Positions 9,996-19,018 of a DNA stretch of 64,000 nt are shown here, piece by piece. Positions within the stretch are counted from its first letter, which is position 1. The number at the start of each line of letters is the position of its first letter. The notes under the pieces are model-generated. The model saw only the letters and a list, made by a program, of their open reading frames with translations, was not told where the DNA came from and did not search any database. The stretch comes from Verrucomicrobiota bacterium (lineage in GTDB: Bacteria; Verrucomicrobiota; Verrucomicrobiia; CAIQCK01), in the NCBI GenBank assembly GCA_026397915.1, contig JAPLTX010000060.1, positions 110,210-174,209 on the forward strand, given 5' to 3'. Made by a program: the position numbers and the translations under genes.

Positions 9996-10994
9996 ATGAA
10001 CCCGATTGTCAGTGTGGTCATTCCGAACCTGAACGCCAGGAGCTGGCTGGAGCGCTGCATCCGCTCGTTGCAGGCGCAGACGTTGCAGCCGACCGAGATC
10101 ATTCTCGTGGACCAGAACTCCAACGACGGCTCGGCCGACTACGTGGCGGCGACTTTTCCCGACGTGCGCCTGTTCCGGCAGCCGGACGACCTCGGTTTCA
10201 CGGGCGCGTGCAACGAGGGGATGCGGGCGGCGCAGGGCGAGTTCATCGTGCTCTTCAACACCGATGCGCGCGCCGAGCCGGATTGGCTGGAGACGTTGGT
10301 GAAGGCGATGGGCAGCGACGAGACGATCGGCTCGGCGGCGTGCCTGACGCTCGACTACCATGACAGCAAGCTCATCTATTCGCTGGGCGATGGGTTTCTG
10401 CCGGGCGGCGACGCGTTCAACATCGGCCGTGGAATGGCTTGGCGGTCCGACCTTCCGATGCCGCGTTACGTTTTCGGCGGATCGGGTTGCACGGTGATTT
10501 ACCGGCGCTCGGCGCTGGACAGGGTGGGGTTGTTGGACGAGGACTTTTACACGTTCCACGAGGATGTGGATCTGGCTTGGCGCTTGCAGTTGGCGGGTTT
10601 CAAATGTCTTTACGTGCCCCAAGCCGTTGCCTATCACGTGGGCAACGCGACCGGCCGGAAATTCAAGGAACGCAACGCGTTTATCAGCGGTCGCAACCGC
10701 TGGCTGGTGTTGTTCAAAAACCTGCCCTTGGGCTTGTGGATACGCTTCGCGCCACAGATGGCGTTGCGGCAAGCGCAAGTAACTTGGTGGGCGATCAAAG
10801 GTGACGAGGAAAGCCGTGTGCGGTGCCGCGGCGCGTTGAGTTCGCTGGCGTTCCTGCGCCGCGAGTGGCGCAAGCGCCGCGCGGTGCAACGATTGCGGCG
10901 GGTCAGCGCGGGTGAACTGGCGGCGTTCTTTCGGATGCACGAGATGCTCCAGCGGCGGCTGAAGGACATCGCGGAAGAATCAGAAGGGAAATGA
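9996..10994 (+). CDS. GT2 glycosyltransferase (rhamnosyltransferase-like subfamily)
   Basis: VSVVIPNLN, LVDQNSNDGS, LGFTGACNEG, LFNTD, LLDEDFYTFHEDVDLAWR. Confidence 0.93.
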   Translation: MNPIVSVVIPNLNARSWLERCIRSLQAQTLQPTEIILVDQNSNDGSADYVAATFPDVRLFRQPDDLGFTGACNEGMRAAQGEFIVLFNTDARAEPDWLETLVKAMGSDETIGSAACLTLDYHDSKLIYSLGDGFLPGGDAFNIGRGMAWRSDLPMPRYVFGGSGCTVIYRRSALDRVGLLDEDFYTFHEDVDLAWRLQLAGFKCLYVPQAVAYHVGNATGRKFKERNAFISGRNRWLVLFKNLPLGLWIRFAPQMALRQAQVTWWAIKGDEESRVRCRGALSSLAFLRREWRKRRAVQRLRRVSAGELAAFFRMHEMLQRRLKDIAEESEGK

Positions 10995-10995
10995 C

Positions 10996-11865
10996 GTGAA
11001 CGCGCGCATTCTCAAAGCGGTCCGGCTCGCGGGCAAACTGGTCCTGTCGCTGAACCTCGGCAGCGTGCTGCGAGTGCTGCGATTCGGCCCCGGTGATTTT
11101 CGCAACCGGCTGCGGGAGATTTTCGAGTTGAGCAATCCGTTCGAGTGCCGCAGCGACATCACGACGATGGTGCGGACGTATTGCACGGGCAAGGGGATCG
11201 AGGTTGGTCCCGCAGACAATCCGTATTGCGACCCGGCGAACACGGTGTTCGTGGACAAGTTCGAGCGCGCGGGACAAGGGATGGCCGTCCAGAAGATCGA
11301 GAATGCATGGCAGTTGCCGTTTGCGGACAACCAGTTCGACTTCTTGATGTCGTCGCATTGTCTGGAGCACTGCCCGGACGCGATTCGCACGCTGCTGGAA
11401 TGGTGCCGCGTAGTGCGGCCGGGCGGGCGGTTGGTGGTGATCTTGCCGCACGCGTTCCGGATGTTTGATTGTGGCCGGACGCTGACGCCGTTGGCGCATC
11501 ACATCGAGGACTACGAGAAAGGCGTGGGTCTGGACGACCCGGCGCCTTGGGAAGAGTTTGAGCGTATTTCCATTCCGGCGCAGCATCACTACTGGCTGGA
11601 TTTTCCGGAAGCGCGTTTGCCGGACGGCCGGATCAACCGGAAGTGGGTCTATGAAAACGGCTGCATCCACTATCACGTCTGGCGGACGCAGGAGATGATT
11701 GAATTGCTTCGCCACGTTGGCTGCCGGGTCATCTTCAGTCAGGACAAGCTGGGCCAGCGGCCGGACAGCTTCGCGGTGGTGGTGGAAGTTGGAAAAAGCC
11801 AAGAACCGGTTGCGTTTCAGCGGAAATTCAAAGACAATCCGCCGCGCACTGACGCGAGCGAATGA
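10996..11865 (+). CDS. Class I SAM-dependent methyltransferase (Methyltransf_11-like)
   Basis: GIEVGP, FDFLMSSHCLEHCPD, RVVRPGGRLVVILP. GTG start one base after the upstream stop. Confidence 0.88.
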   Translation: MNARILKAVRLAGKLVLSLNLGSVLRVLRFGPGDFRNRLREIFELSNPFECRSDITTMVRTYCTGKGIEVGPADNPYCDPANTVFVDKFERAGQGMAVQKIENAWQLPFADNQFDFLMSSHCLEHCPDAIRTLLEWCRVVRPGGRLVVILPHAFRMFDCGRTLTPLAHHIEDYEKGVGLDDPAPWEEFERISIPAQHHYWLDFPEARLPDGRINRKWVYENGCIHYHVWRTQEMIELLRHVGCRVIFSQDKLGQRPDSFAVVVEVGKSQEPVAFQRKFKDNPPRTDASE

Positions 11866-11878
11866 AGAAACAAGGACG

Positions 11879-12994
11879 ATGAAAAAGCGCATTCTAGTCA
11901 CCGGCGGAGCCGGTTTCATCGGGTCGTTTCTGGTGGATGAACTGGTTCGGCGCGGACACGAGGTGACCGTGTTCGACAATTTCGAGCCGCAGGTCCACGG
12001 CCGGAAGCGGCCGAACTATCTCAATAAGAACGCCCGTTACATCAAGGGCGACGTGCGCAACATGGCGGCTTTCCAGAAGGTCGTGTTGCCGGCGGAGGTG
12101 ATTTTCCACGAAGCGGCGATGGTGGGCATCGGGCAGTCGCAGTATCAAGTCAGCCGCTACACCGACGTGAACGTGCTCGGCACGGCCAACCTGCTCGACA
12201 TCCTTGCCAACAAAAAGCACCGCTGCCAGAAGCTGGTGGTGGCGGCTTCGATGTCGAGCTATGGCGAGGGGCTTTACGAGTGCGGCCAGCACGGGAAGAT
12301 TCGGCCGCCGTTGCGCGGCGAGGACGACGTGGCCAGCGGCGTGTGGGAGCTGCGTTGTCCGCAGTGTGGCAAGCTTGCCGGGCCCGCGCCGACGCCGGAG
12401 ACGGCGGAGTTGATTTGCAGCTCGATTTACGCGCAGAACAAGAAGGACCAGGAGGAAATGGTGCTGATGTTCGGCCGGACCTACGGGCTGCCAACGGTGG
12501 CGCTGCGTTATTTCAACGTCTATGGGCCGCGCCAGTCGTTGTCGAATCCTTACACGGGTGTGTGCGCCATCTTCATGAGCCGCATCAAGAACGGCAACCG
12601 GCCGGTGGTCTATGAGGACGGCGGCCAGACGCGCGACTTTGTGAGCGTGCATGACATCGTGCAGGCGAACTTGCTGGCGATGGAGAAGGAGAGTGCCAAC
12701 GGCCACGTGTTCAACGTCGGCGCAGGCAGGCCGATCAGCGTGGCGGAGGTGGCGCGGGTGTTGGCGAAGCTCTTCGGCGTGGTGATTGAGCCGGAAATCA
12801 CGGGCAAGTTCCGCAAGGGCGACGTGCGGCATTGCTTCCCGGATGTTTCCAAGGCGGGCAAGCTGCTCGGCTACAAACCGGCCGTCAGTTTCGATAAAGG
12901 GATGCGTGAGTTGATCGAGTGGTCGCGCGAGGCCGAGGCGAAAGACAAGTTCGAGGAAGCGGCGCGCGAATTGAAAAAACGAGGACTGGCATGA
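11879..12994 (+). CDS. NAD-dependent epimerase, WbiB-like (dTDP-L-rhamnose 4-epimerase-like) subfamily
   Basis: ILVTGGAGFIGS, SSMSSYGEG followed by a YEC..HG...CPQC insert, YAQNK, LRYFNVYGPRQSLSNPYTG. Confidence 0.88.
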   Translation: MKKRILVTGGAGFIGSFLVDELVRRGHEVTVFDNFEPQVHGRKRPNYLNKNARYIKGDVRNMAAFQKVVLPAEVIFHEAAMVGIGQSQYQVSRYTDVNVLGTANLLDILANKKHRCQKLVVAASMSSYGEGLYECGQHGKIRPPLRGEDDVASGVWELRCPQCGKLAGPAPTPETAELICSSIYAQNKKDQEEMVLMFGRTYGLPTVALRYFNVYGPRQSLSNPYTGVCAIFMSRIKNGNRPVVYEDGGQTRDFVSVHDIVQANLLAMEKESANGHVFNVGAGRPISVAEVARVLAKLFGVVIEPEITGKFRKGDVRHCFPDVSKAGKLLGYKPAVSFDKGMRELIEWSREAEAKDKFEEAARELKKRGLA

Positions 12995-13290
12995 AGTATC
13001 TGATGTTTCCGCTGTATTTCTTCGGGGCGGTCGCCGTCATTGTGTTGGCGTTGCGTTTGTTCATGCCGTTCCGCGAAATCTGGGAGCGATGGAAGAAGGT
13101 CGCGCACCGGTTGGGCGTGTGGCAGACCAATCTGATCCTGACGCTGCTTTATTTCCTGATTATTCCGGTGTTCGCGTTGATTGCGGGCAAGAAACGGTTG
13201 CGGCTGAAACTGGATCCGGCGGCGGCCACTTACTGGGAAGACGTAAAGCCGCTGCCTCATTCGCTGGAAGAGGCCGGCAGGCCATTCTGA
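12991..13290 (+). CDS. SxtJ-like small membrane protein
   Basis: WKKVAHRLGVWQTNLILTLLYFLIIPV...RLKLD..ATYW pattern; two hydrophobic segments; adjacent to a carbamoyltransferase. Confidence 0.75.
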   Translation: MKYLMFPLYFFGAVAVIVLALRLFMPFREIWERWKKVAHRLGVWQTNLILTLLYFLIIPVFALIAGKKRLRLKLDPAAATYWEDVKPLPHSLEEAGRPF

Positions 13291-13297
13291 GCGTATC

Positions 13298-15076
13298 ATG
13301 AACATCCTCGGTCTTTCCTTCTTCTATCACGACGCAGCGGCGGCCTTGGTGCGCGACGGCGAGTTGGTGGCGGCGATCGAGCAGGAACGGTTCAGCCGGA
13401 AGAAACACGACTCGGAGTTCCCGGAGCTGGCCATCGAGTATTGCCTGAAGCAGGCGGGCATCACGCTGGAGCAGGTGGATCACATCGTGTTCTACGAGAA
13501 GCCGTTCGTGAAATTCGACCGCATCCTGCTCTGCGCGCTCGGCACGTGGCCGCACAGCTACAAGGGCTTCCTCAAGGCGATCCCGATCTGGATGAAAGAT
13601 AAGATCCGCATCCGCGCCTACATCCAGAAGAAGCTCGGCACGGACAAGGACATCCTGTTCTGCGGCCACCACATGAGCCACGCGGCAAGCGCGTTCTTGG
13701 TGTCGCCGTTCGAGAAGGCGGCGATCATCACCGCCGATGGCGTGGGCGAGTGGGACACAACCTGCATCGGCTACGGTGAGGGCAACCGGGTGGTCTTGGA
13801 GAAGAAGATCGAGTTTCCGCACTCGGTCGGGTTGTTCTACAGCGCCTTGACGGCGTATCTCGGTTTCAAAGTCAACGATGCCGAGTGGAAAGTGATGGGC
13901 TTGGCGCCCTACGGCGAGCCGAAGTATGTGGGCCAGTTCATGCAACTGGTGGACATCAAGGCCGACGGCAGCTTCCGGTTGAACATGGAATACTACGCCC
14001 ACCATTGGAGCGAGAACACGATGCTCAACCGATGGGAACGGTTGTTTGGCGAACCGCCACGCAGGCCGGAGACGGAACTGACGAAGTATCACTACGACAT
14101 CGCGCGCTCCGGCCAGGCGGTGGTCGAGAAGATCATGGTCAACATGGCCCGCGCCGTCCACGAGCGTTACAAGTTCGACGCGCTTTGCATCGGCGGCGGT
14201 GTCGGCCTCAACAGCGTGGCCAACTGGAAGATCCTCAAGCGGGGCAGTGGTTTCAAAAACATCTTCATTCAACCCGCAGCGGGCGATGACGGCGGGGCGC
14301 TCGGGGCGGCGTTCTGGGTCTGGAACTCTGTGCTGGGCCAACCGCGCAAGTTCACAATGCGCCACGCCTATTGGGGGCCGGAATACAACGACGCGGAAAT
14401 CCAAACCGCGCTGGACCGGGTTGGCGCGAAATACGAGAAGCTTTCCCGCGAACAGGTCGTTGAACGGACGGCGAAGGCGCTCGCCGAGGACAAGGTCATT
14501 GGTTGGTTCCAAGGGCGGCAGGAGTTCGGCCCGCGGGCGTTGGGGAGCCGCAGCATCCTCGCTAATCCCGGCAACCCGAAGATGAAGGACATCATCAACG
14601 CAAAGGTGAAATTCCGCGAATGGTTCCGGCCGTTTGCGCCAAGCGTGTTGAAGGAGAAGGCGCACCTCTATTTCGACATGCCGGAGGGGTTCGATTCGCC
14701 CTACATGTTGCTGGTGCCGCAGGTGCGGCCGGAATGGCGGTCGAAACTGTCGGCGATCACGCACGAGGACGGCACCGGCCGCGTGCAGACGGTGGAACCG
14801 GACATTGCGCCATTGTATTACGACCTGATCAAACGCTGGGGCGAGGTCAGCGGTGTGCCGGTGATCCTCAACACCAGCTTCAACGTTCGCGGCGAGCCGA
14901 TCGTGACGGCACCTGAGAACGCCTACAACACGTTTGTGAAAACCGGCATTGACGTGCTGGTGATGGGCAGCTACATGCTGCAGCACAAGGACCAGGCGGT
15001 GGATTTTGAGAAGGGCATGCGCGAGAGCGTGAACTTGGAATGGTCGCACGCCCCGACAGCGGTCCCGGCAGATTGA
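13298..15076 (+). CDS. O-carbamoyltransferase (NodU/CmcH/SxtI family)
   Basis: ILGLSFFYHDAAA, QERFSRKKHD, HHMSHAASAF, DGVGE, GGVGLNSVAN, QPAAGDDG, EFGPRALGSRS, FRPFAP, LNTSFN. Confidence 0.95.
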   Translation: MNILGLSFFYHDAAAALVRDGELVAAIEQERFSRKKHDSEFPELAIEYCLKQAGITLEQVDHIVFYEKPFVKFDRILLCALGTWPHSYKGFLKAIPIWMKDKIRIRAYIQKKLGTDKDILFCGHHMSHAASAFLVSPFEKAAIITADGVGEWDTTCIGYGEGNRVVLEKKIEFPHSVGLFYSALTAYLGFKVNDAEWKVMGLAPYGEPKYVGQFMQLVDIKADGSFRLNMEYYAHHWSENTMLNRWERLFGEPPRRPETELTKYHYDIARSGQAVVEKIMVNMARAVHERYKFDALCIGGGVGLNSVANWKILKRGSGFKNIFIQPAAGDDGGALGAAFWVWNSVLGQPRKFTMRHAYWGPEYNDAEIQTALDRVGAKYEKLSREQVVERTAKALAEDKVIGWFQGRQEFGPRALGSRSILANPGNPKMKDIINAKVKFREWFRPFAPSVLKEKAHLYFDMPEGFDSPYMLLVPQVRPEWRSKLSAITHEDGTGRVQTVEPDIAPLYYDLIKRWGEVSGVPVILNTSFNVRGEPIVTAPENAYNTFVKTGIDVLVMGSYMLQHKDQAVDFEKGMRESVNLEWSHAPTAVPAD

Positions 15077-15103
15077 GCGCATTGACGCAGGAGTGACAAC
15101 ATC

Positions 15104-15262
15104 ATGGCAAAACAATCTCTGTTTCGAGAGCTGATCCAATTTGCGATGCGGGAGAAGAAGTGGTGGTTGATCCCGCTGCTGGTAATCCTGGTGTTGATTG
15201 GCGGCCTGATTATCTTCGCCCAATCCTCGGCCATCGCGCCGTTCCTCTACCCGTTTTTTTGA
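15104..15262 (+). CDS. 52-aa membrane protein, DUF5989/SxtK-like (absent from the ORF track, <60 aa)
   Basis: Hand translation: MAKQSLFRELIQFAMREKKWWLIPLLVILVLIGGLIIFAQSSAIAPFLYPFF*. AGGAG upstream. Shows the KKWWL.P...APF.Y..F pattern. Confidence 0.82.
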   Translation: MAKQSLFRELIQFAMREKKWWLIPLLVILVLIGGLIIFAQSSAIAPFLYPFF

Positions 15263-15487
15263 TCGCAAGGAACTGCCGCTTTTCAGCTTCGAGTTTTCTG
15301 TTTGGTGTCCGTAGTTCACTCACCTGCACGGGGGAGCATCAGTTTTTGTGCCCGGTAAAATCAGGCAAATCATCAGGCCAAAAGGCATCCTCCCGCAGAG
15401 CCTGAACGACCATCAAGACATGGTGGTCTTGCAAAGAGAGTAACAGTCAGGGAGAACCTTCGGGGGCAGGGGGCGGCGGGATTCTGG

Positions 15488-17176
15488 TCACTTCTCAAAC
15501 CGATAGACCCGCCATTCGACCAGCGACGGCTCGCGCATGAACAGCGCGCGTCTGTGTTCCGTCTTCATTCCGAGGTAGTCTGGCAACCGGATGCCAGCTT
15601 GCGCCACCAGGTTAAAAATCGGCGCGTCGGGGTAGGAACTCAGAAGCTGGCGCTCGTATCGAAATCGTTGGACGAGGCTCAGACGGTCCTTCAACCGGTC
15701 CAAGGTTGCCGTGTGAAAAGATTCCGGCAACCACATTTCCGTGCCGCGGGGCGTGGCCGGTTCGCGGATGAACACCAGAAAGAAGTCGCCGCGTTTTGGC
15801 TCCGGCCGTCCCTTCGCATTGAAGTTGACCTGGGTCAGATCGGACCGTTCGTCGAGGACTTTGAGCAGTTTGGTCGTCTCGTTGAAAATGCTGTAACTGT
15901 CCCCCGGCATGTTCATGAAAAGCCGCGCGTTCGGCGGAGCTTGTCGTGCGACAGTCTGCCGCGCAAGCGCAGCGGTCATGTCGAAGTCGTGGCGAAAAAT
16001 GAAGTAGTTGTAATTTCGGATGAAGCCTGACAGCGCAAGCAGCGGGATATTGGCCAGCAAAACCCATCGCAAGGCGGGCGTCCACCAGAAGCGCAGGCCG
16101 GTAGCGGTGCCTTCAAACAATCTCGAAACAGTCACGCCAACGAACAGGCAGAGGCCGGGCACCGCAGGACCGATATAGCGGCCGAGCGGATGTATCCAAG
16201 GCAACAGGACGCTCCAGAACGCAAGAAACCAGCACAGACCAACCCAGCCCCAGCCGTCCCGATCGTCGAGCGAAATACGTCCTCGCGCCCAAAGCCAGAG
16301 CCGCCAGCCAAACAGCAGCAGCGCCGCGGGAAACAGCAACATCATGCCGTTCCACAAGACGTCGCAGTATTTGAACGCAGTGGCGGCCATGACTACCGGA
16401 TTCAGTTGGTAGTCCTGTGAGTAACTTCCTGCGGCAATCGCTTTGATGCCCGCCAGGTGGCGTCCACCGAACCAGCCGAGTGCCAGCGCAACGTGACCTG
16501 CTAAATAGATAGCAGCGTAACGCCGGTTGCGGCGAGCCAGCAACTCGCCGGCGCCGACAGCGCAAACCAGCAGCAACCCCGCGCCCAAACCGATCAATGC
16601 AATGCAGGTTTCACGTGTGAAGTAAGCCGGGACGAGGCACGCGATTGCCGCCAGCAACCAGCCCGCGCGCAAGGCGGCGCGTTCATTGGACAGCGCCAGA
16701 CCGCGCGCCATGCACCAGAGGGACGCCACGGCAAGGGCTGCGGGATAGAACGTGGGGTCTCCCAGCCGGAACCAGTTCTCGACGTTGGGCGAGAAGACAA
16801 TGAAAAGGAGCGTCGTCAGCGAACTGCAAACCAGAGAACCGGTGGCGCGCCGGGCGATGGAGAAGAGCAACTGACACACGGCGAGCATGACCAGCAGGTG
16901 CGCGGCGTGATGGAGGAGACAATTGGCGCCGAAGAGTTTGTATTCGGCCAGGCGCAGGAAAACGAAGCCGGGCCGGAAGATTCCTGAGTCGGCCCACAGG
17001 GTGGCGGCGAAGCTGGCGGTGAGAGTGCCGTTTTGCAGCCGATGGCTGTAGTCCACCATCCGCTCCAGGTCGTTGCCGTCGTCCACGACGGACCATGTGT
17101 TTTCCCAAAGCGCGCCTGCGTGGAGAAGAACCGCCACCAGCGCGAGCACAAACCGCAGCCCGATTGAGGAAGCCAT
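15488..17176 (-). CDS. Polytopic membrane protein, probable GT-C-fold glycosyltransferase
   Basis: About 10 TM segments, acidic VVDDGND after TM1, FRP..H and RY..P motifs, soluble C-terminal domain. Start set at MASSIG. Confidence 0.65.
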   Translation of the reverse strand: MASSIGLRFVLALVAVLLHAGALWENTWSVVDDGNDLERMVDYSHRLQNGTLTASFAATLWADSGIFRPGFVFLRLAEYKLFGANCLLHHAAHLLVMLAVCQLLFSIARRATGSLVCSSLTTLLFIVFSPNVENWFRLGDPTFYPAALAVASLWCMARGLALSNERAALRAGWLLAAIACLVPAYFTRETCIALIGLGAGLLLVCAVGAGELLARRNRRYAAIYLAGHVALALGWFGGRHLAGIKAIAAGSYSQDYQLNPVVMAATAFKYCDVLWNGMMLLFPAALLLFGWRLWLWARGRISLDDRDGWGWVGLCWFLAFWSVLLPWIHPLGRYIGPAVPGLCLFVGVTVSRLFEGTATGLRFWWTPALRWVLLANIPLLALSGFIRNYNYFIFRHDFDMTAALARQTVARQAPPNARLFMNMPGDSYSIFNETTKLLKVLDERSDLTQVNFNAKGRPEPKRGDFFLVFIREPATPRGTEMWLPESFHTATLDRLKDRLSLVQRFRYERQLLSSYPDAPIFNLVAQAGIRLPDYLGMKTEHRRALFMREPSLVEWRVYRFEK

Positions 17177-17187
17177 ACGCGAATCGC

Positions 17188-18885
17188 TCAACGCGACAAT
17201 GCAGGTTGCTGACCAGGCGGTCGGCGAGACACGCCGGAGGGTGATCGAGATCGCATCGGGGCAGTCACGTTGATGGCGGGGGCGCCGGCGGGTTTGGCCA
17301 GCCAGAGACGCGGCAAGGCCGTTCCGATGGCAAGGATGGGCCAGAGAGTAATCATGGACTGGCCGACCCACATGTCCACCAGATTGCCGAGCACCACCAG
17401 CATGAAGATCATCATGACCGAACGTTGAAGCTCGTCGGTGCTCTTTTGCAGAAAACGGAATGCCTGATTGTAAAAGGAGAACACGACAGTGAAAAACAGA
17501 CCCACGCCCACCAGTCCCATTTTCGACCAGAACTGGATGAACTGGTTATGCGCGCCCGTCTTGATCACATCGTCTATCAGGCTGAAATACCACGAATAAT
17601 AACCGCCGAAACCCTGCCCTATGAGAACCCAGAACGGGTTGGAGAAGATCTTCTCTATTTCCCATCGCCAGCCATATAAGCGCCACGATCCCGTCGGATC
17701 CAAGGAGGGATCAATAATGCCGCGATAGGTTTTGGCAAAAAACTCGTCCAGTTGGTTGCCCATGAATGGATTCATGGCTGCGACCGCAACGATGCCCAGT
17801 GTCACGGCAACAGCGCCCAGCAACATGGTTTTGAAGAAATGCCGGCGGGTGATCCACAGCAGGAAAGGCAGTGTGATCAAGACCGAAACCACAACCGCGC
17901 GCATGGCGCTGTAGAAGGTCAGAACAAGCAGCATCGCGATGCCGATGGCAGCGATGGAACGCTCTTGAATAGCCGACTCCAACAGTATCGCTGCACCAAT
18001 TCCGAGCGGCAACAACAGCAAAACCTGTGTAGAGAACGACAGATTTCCCACTACCCCTAGGAGGCTCGTTAAGCTTGTGATAAGCGACGGGTCGTAGATG
18101 GCCGCGAACGCTCCTGCCACTACGAGTAGCGTGCCACAGCCAAGTATTACGGACCACGACCCGGAGGGGCGTTTGATGTGATCGCGGCCAAGCAAAATGC
18201 CGAGCACAACGACGTTGAGGCAGCCGTATTCGTTCAACAAATTGCCGCCGGCGAACCGGGGTTTGAGTCCACCCACCACCACAACGAAGTAGAGCTGACA
18301 AACCGCGGTGATGATGCAAATCCACTTCAGCCAGCGAAGCGCCGAATCCGTTTGCTCAGCCCGTGTCACGTAATGGATGACGATGAAGTATGAAATGCAG
18401 TGCAGGAACTCGCGGCTCTCGCCAATCGCCGAATAACCGTTATCGAGGACTCCGCGCGCCACGCAACAGAGCGCCCATGCATACAAGGCCACCATCCAAC
18501 GGTCGGTCGCGGTGTAGAGATGAGTCTGCCGCATGCAACCGCGGAAGAATTCCACCACCAGAAATGCTGCCATGAAGACGTCGCCCGGATAGACCAGCGC
18601 GCTGCCCATGCCCACCATCGTTTCACCGCGCAGAAACGAGTGATACCAGATCGCCAGGCCCAGATAAAGCATCACGGCCTGATAGGGCCAGATCATGATG
18701 GTCAGGCCGGCCAGAATGCCGAGCGATGCGAAACCCGCCACCATCCACTGCGTGGAAACCTGCGAGGCGAATTGATACGCATACACCACCACCACCGCAA
18801 AGATCAGCAGATACAAGAACAGCCGCGGGTTGTATTCCAGCCCCTGAACCACCTGGCCATAGTAGTATGAACGACGTGATTTCAC
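17188..18885 (-). CDS. O-antigen ligase / Wzy_C family membrane protein
   Basis: Many TM helices, SAMRA, periplasmic loop TGSWRLYGW...GQGFGGY...AHNQFIQFWSKMGLVG. Probable GTG start at 18885. Confidence 0.8.
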   Translation of the reverse strand: MKSRRSYYYGQVVQGLEYNPRLFLYLLIFAVVVVYAYQFASQVSTQWMVAGFASLGILAGLTIMIWPYQAVMLYLGLAIWYHSFLRGETMVGMGSALVYPGDVFMAAFLVVEFFRGCMRQTHLYTATDRWMVALYAWALCCVARGVLDNGYSAIGESREFLHCISYFIVIHYVTRAEQTDSALRWLKWICIITAVCQLYFVVVVGGLKPRFAGGNLLNEYGCLNVVVLGILLGRDHIKRPSGSWSVILGCGTLLVVAGAFAAIYDPSLITSLTSLLGVVGNLSFSTQVLLLLPLGIGAAILLESAIQERSIAAIGIAMLLVLTFYSAMRAVVVSVLITLPFLLWITRRHFFKTMLLGAVAVTLGIVAVAAMNPFMGNQLDEFFAKTYRGIIDPSLDPTGSWRLYGWRWEIEKIFSNPFWVLIGQGFGGYYSWYFSLIDDVIKTGAHNQFIQFWSKMGLVGVGLFFTVVFSFYNQAFRFLQKSTDELQRSVMMIFMLVVLGNLVDMWVGQSMITLWPILAIGTALPRLWLAKPAGAPAINVTAPMRSRSPSGVSRRPPGQQPALSR

Positions 18886-19018
18886 GTTTCGATTTCTAAG
18901 TCTGCGCTTATCTTGGATTAGGAATCGCCTCGGTTCAACAGTAAAGCTTGCAACATCGCTTGACGTATCGGGTGCGCATCGGATAGAAAGCACCACCAAT
19001 TTCCAACGGAGCAAACCA

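Noticed and set aside
12991-15262. Saxitoxin biosynthesis cluster
   Set aside because: Only the I/J/K-like triad is present; no sxtA, amidinotransferase or other core genes, and the context is polysaccharide synthesis.
15330-15450. Minus-strand fragment LLLSLQDHHVLMVVQALREDAFWPDDLPDFTGHKN*
   Set aside because: Protein-like, but it has an upstream in-frame stop, no convincing start and no family I can assign; at most a gene remnant.
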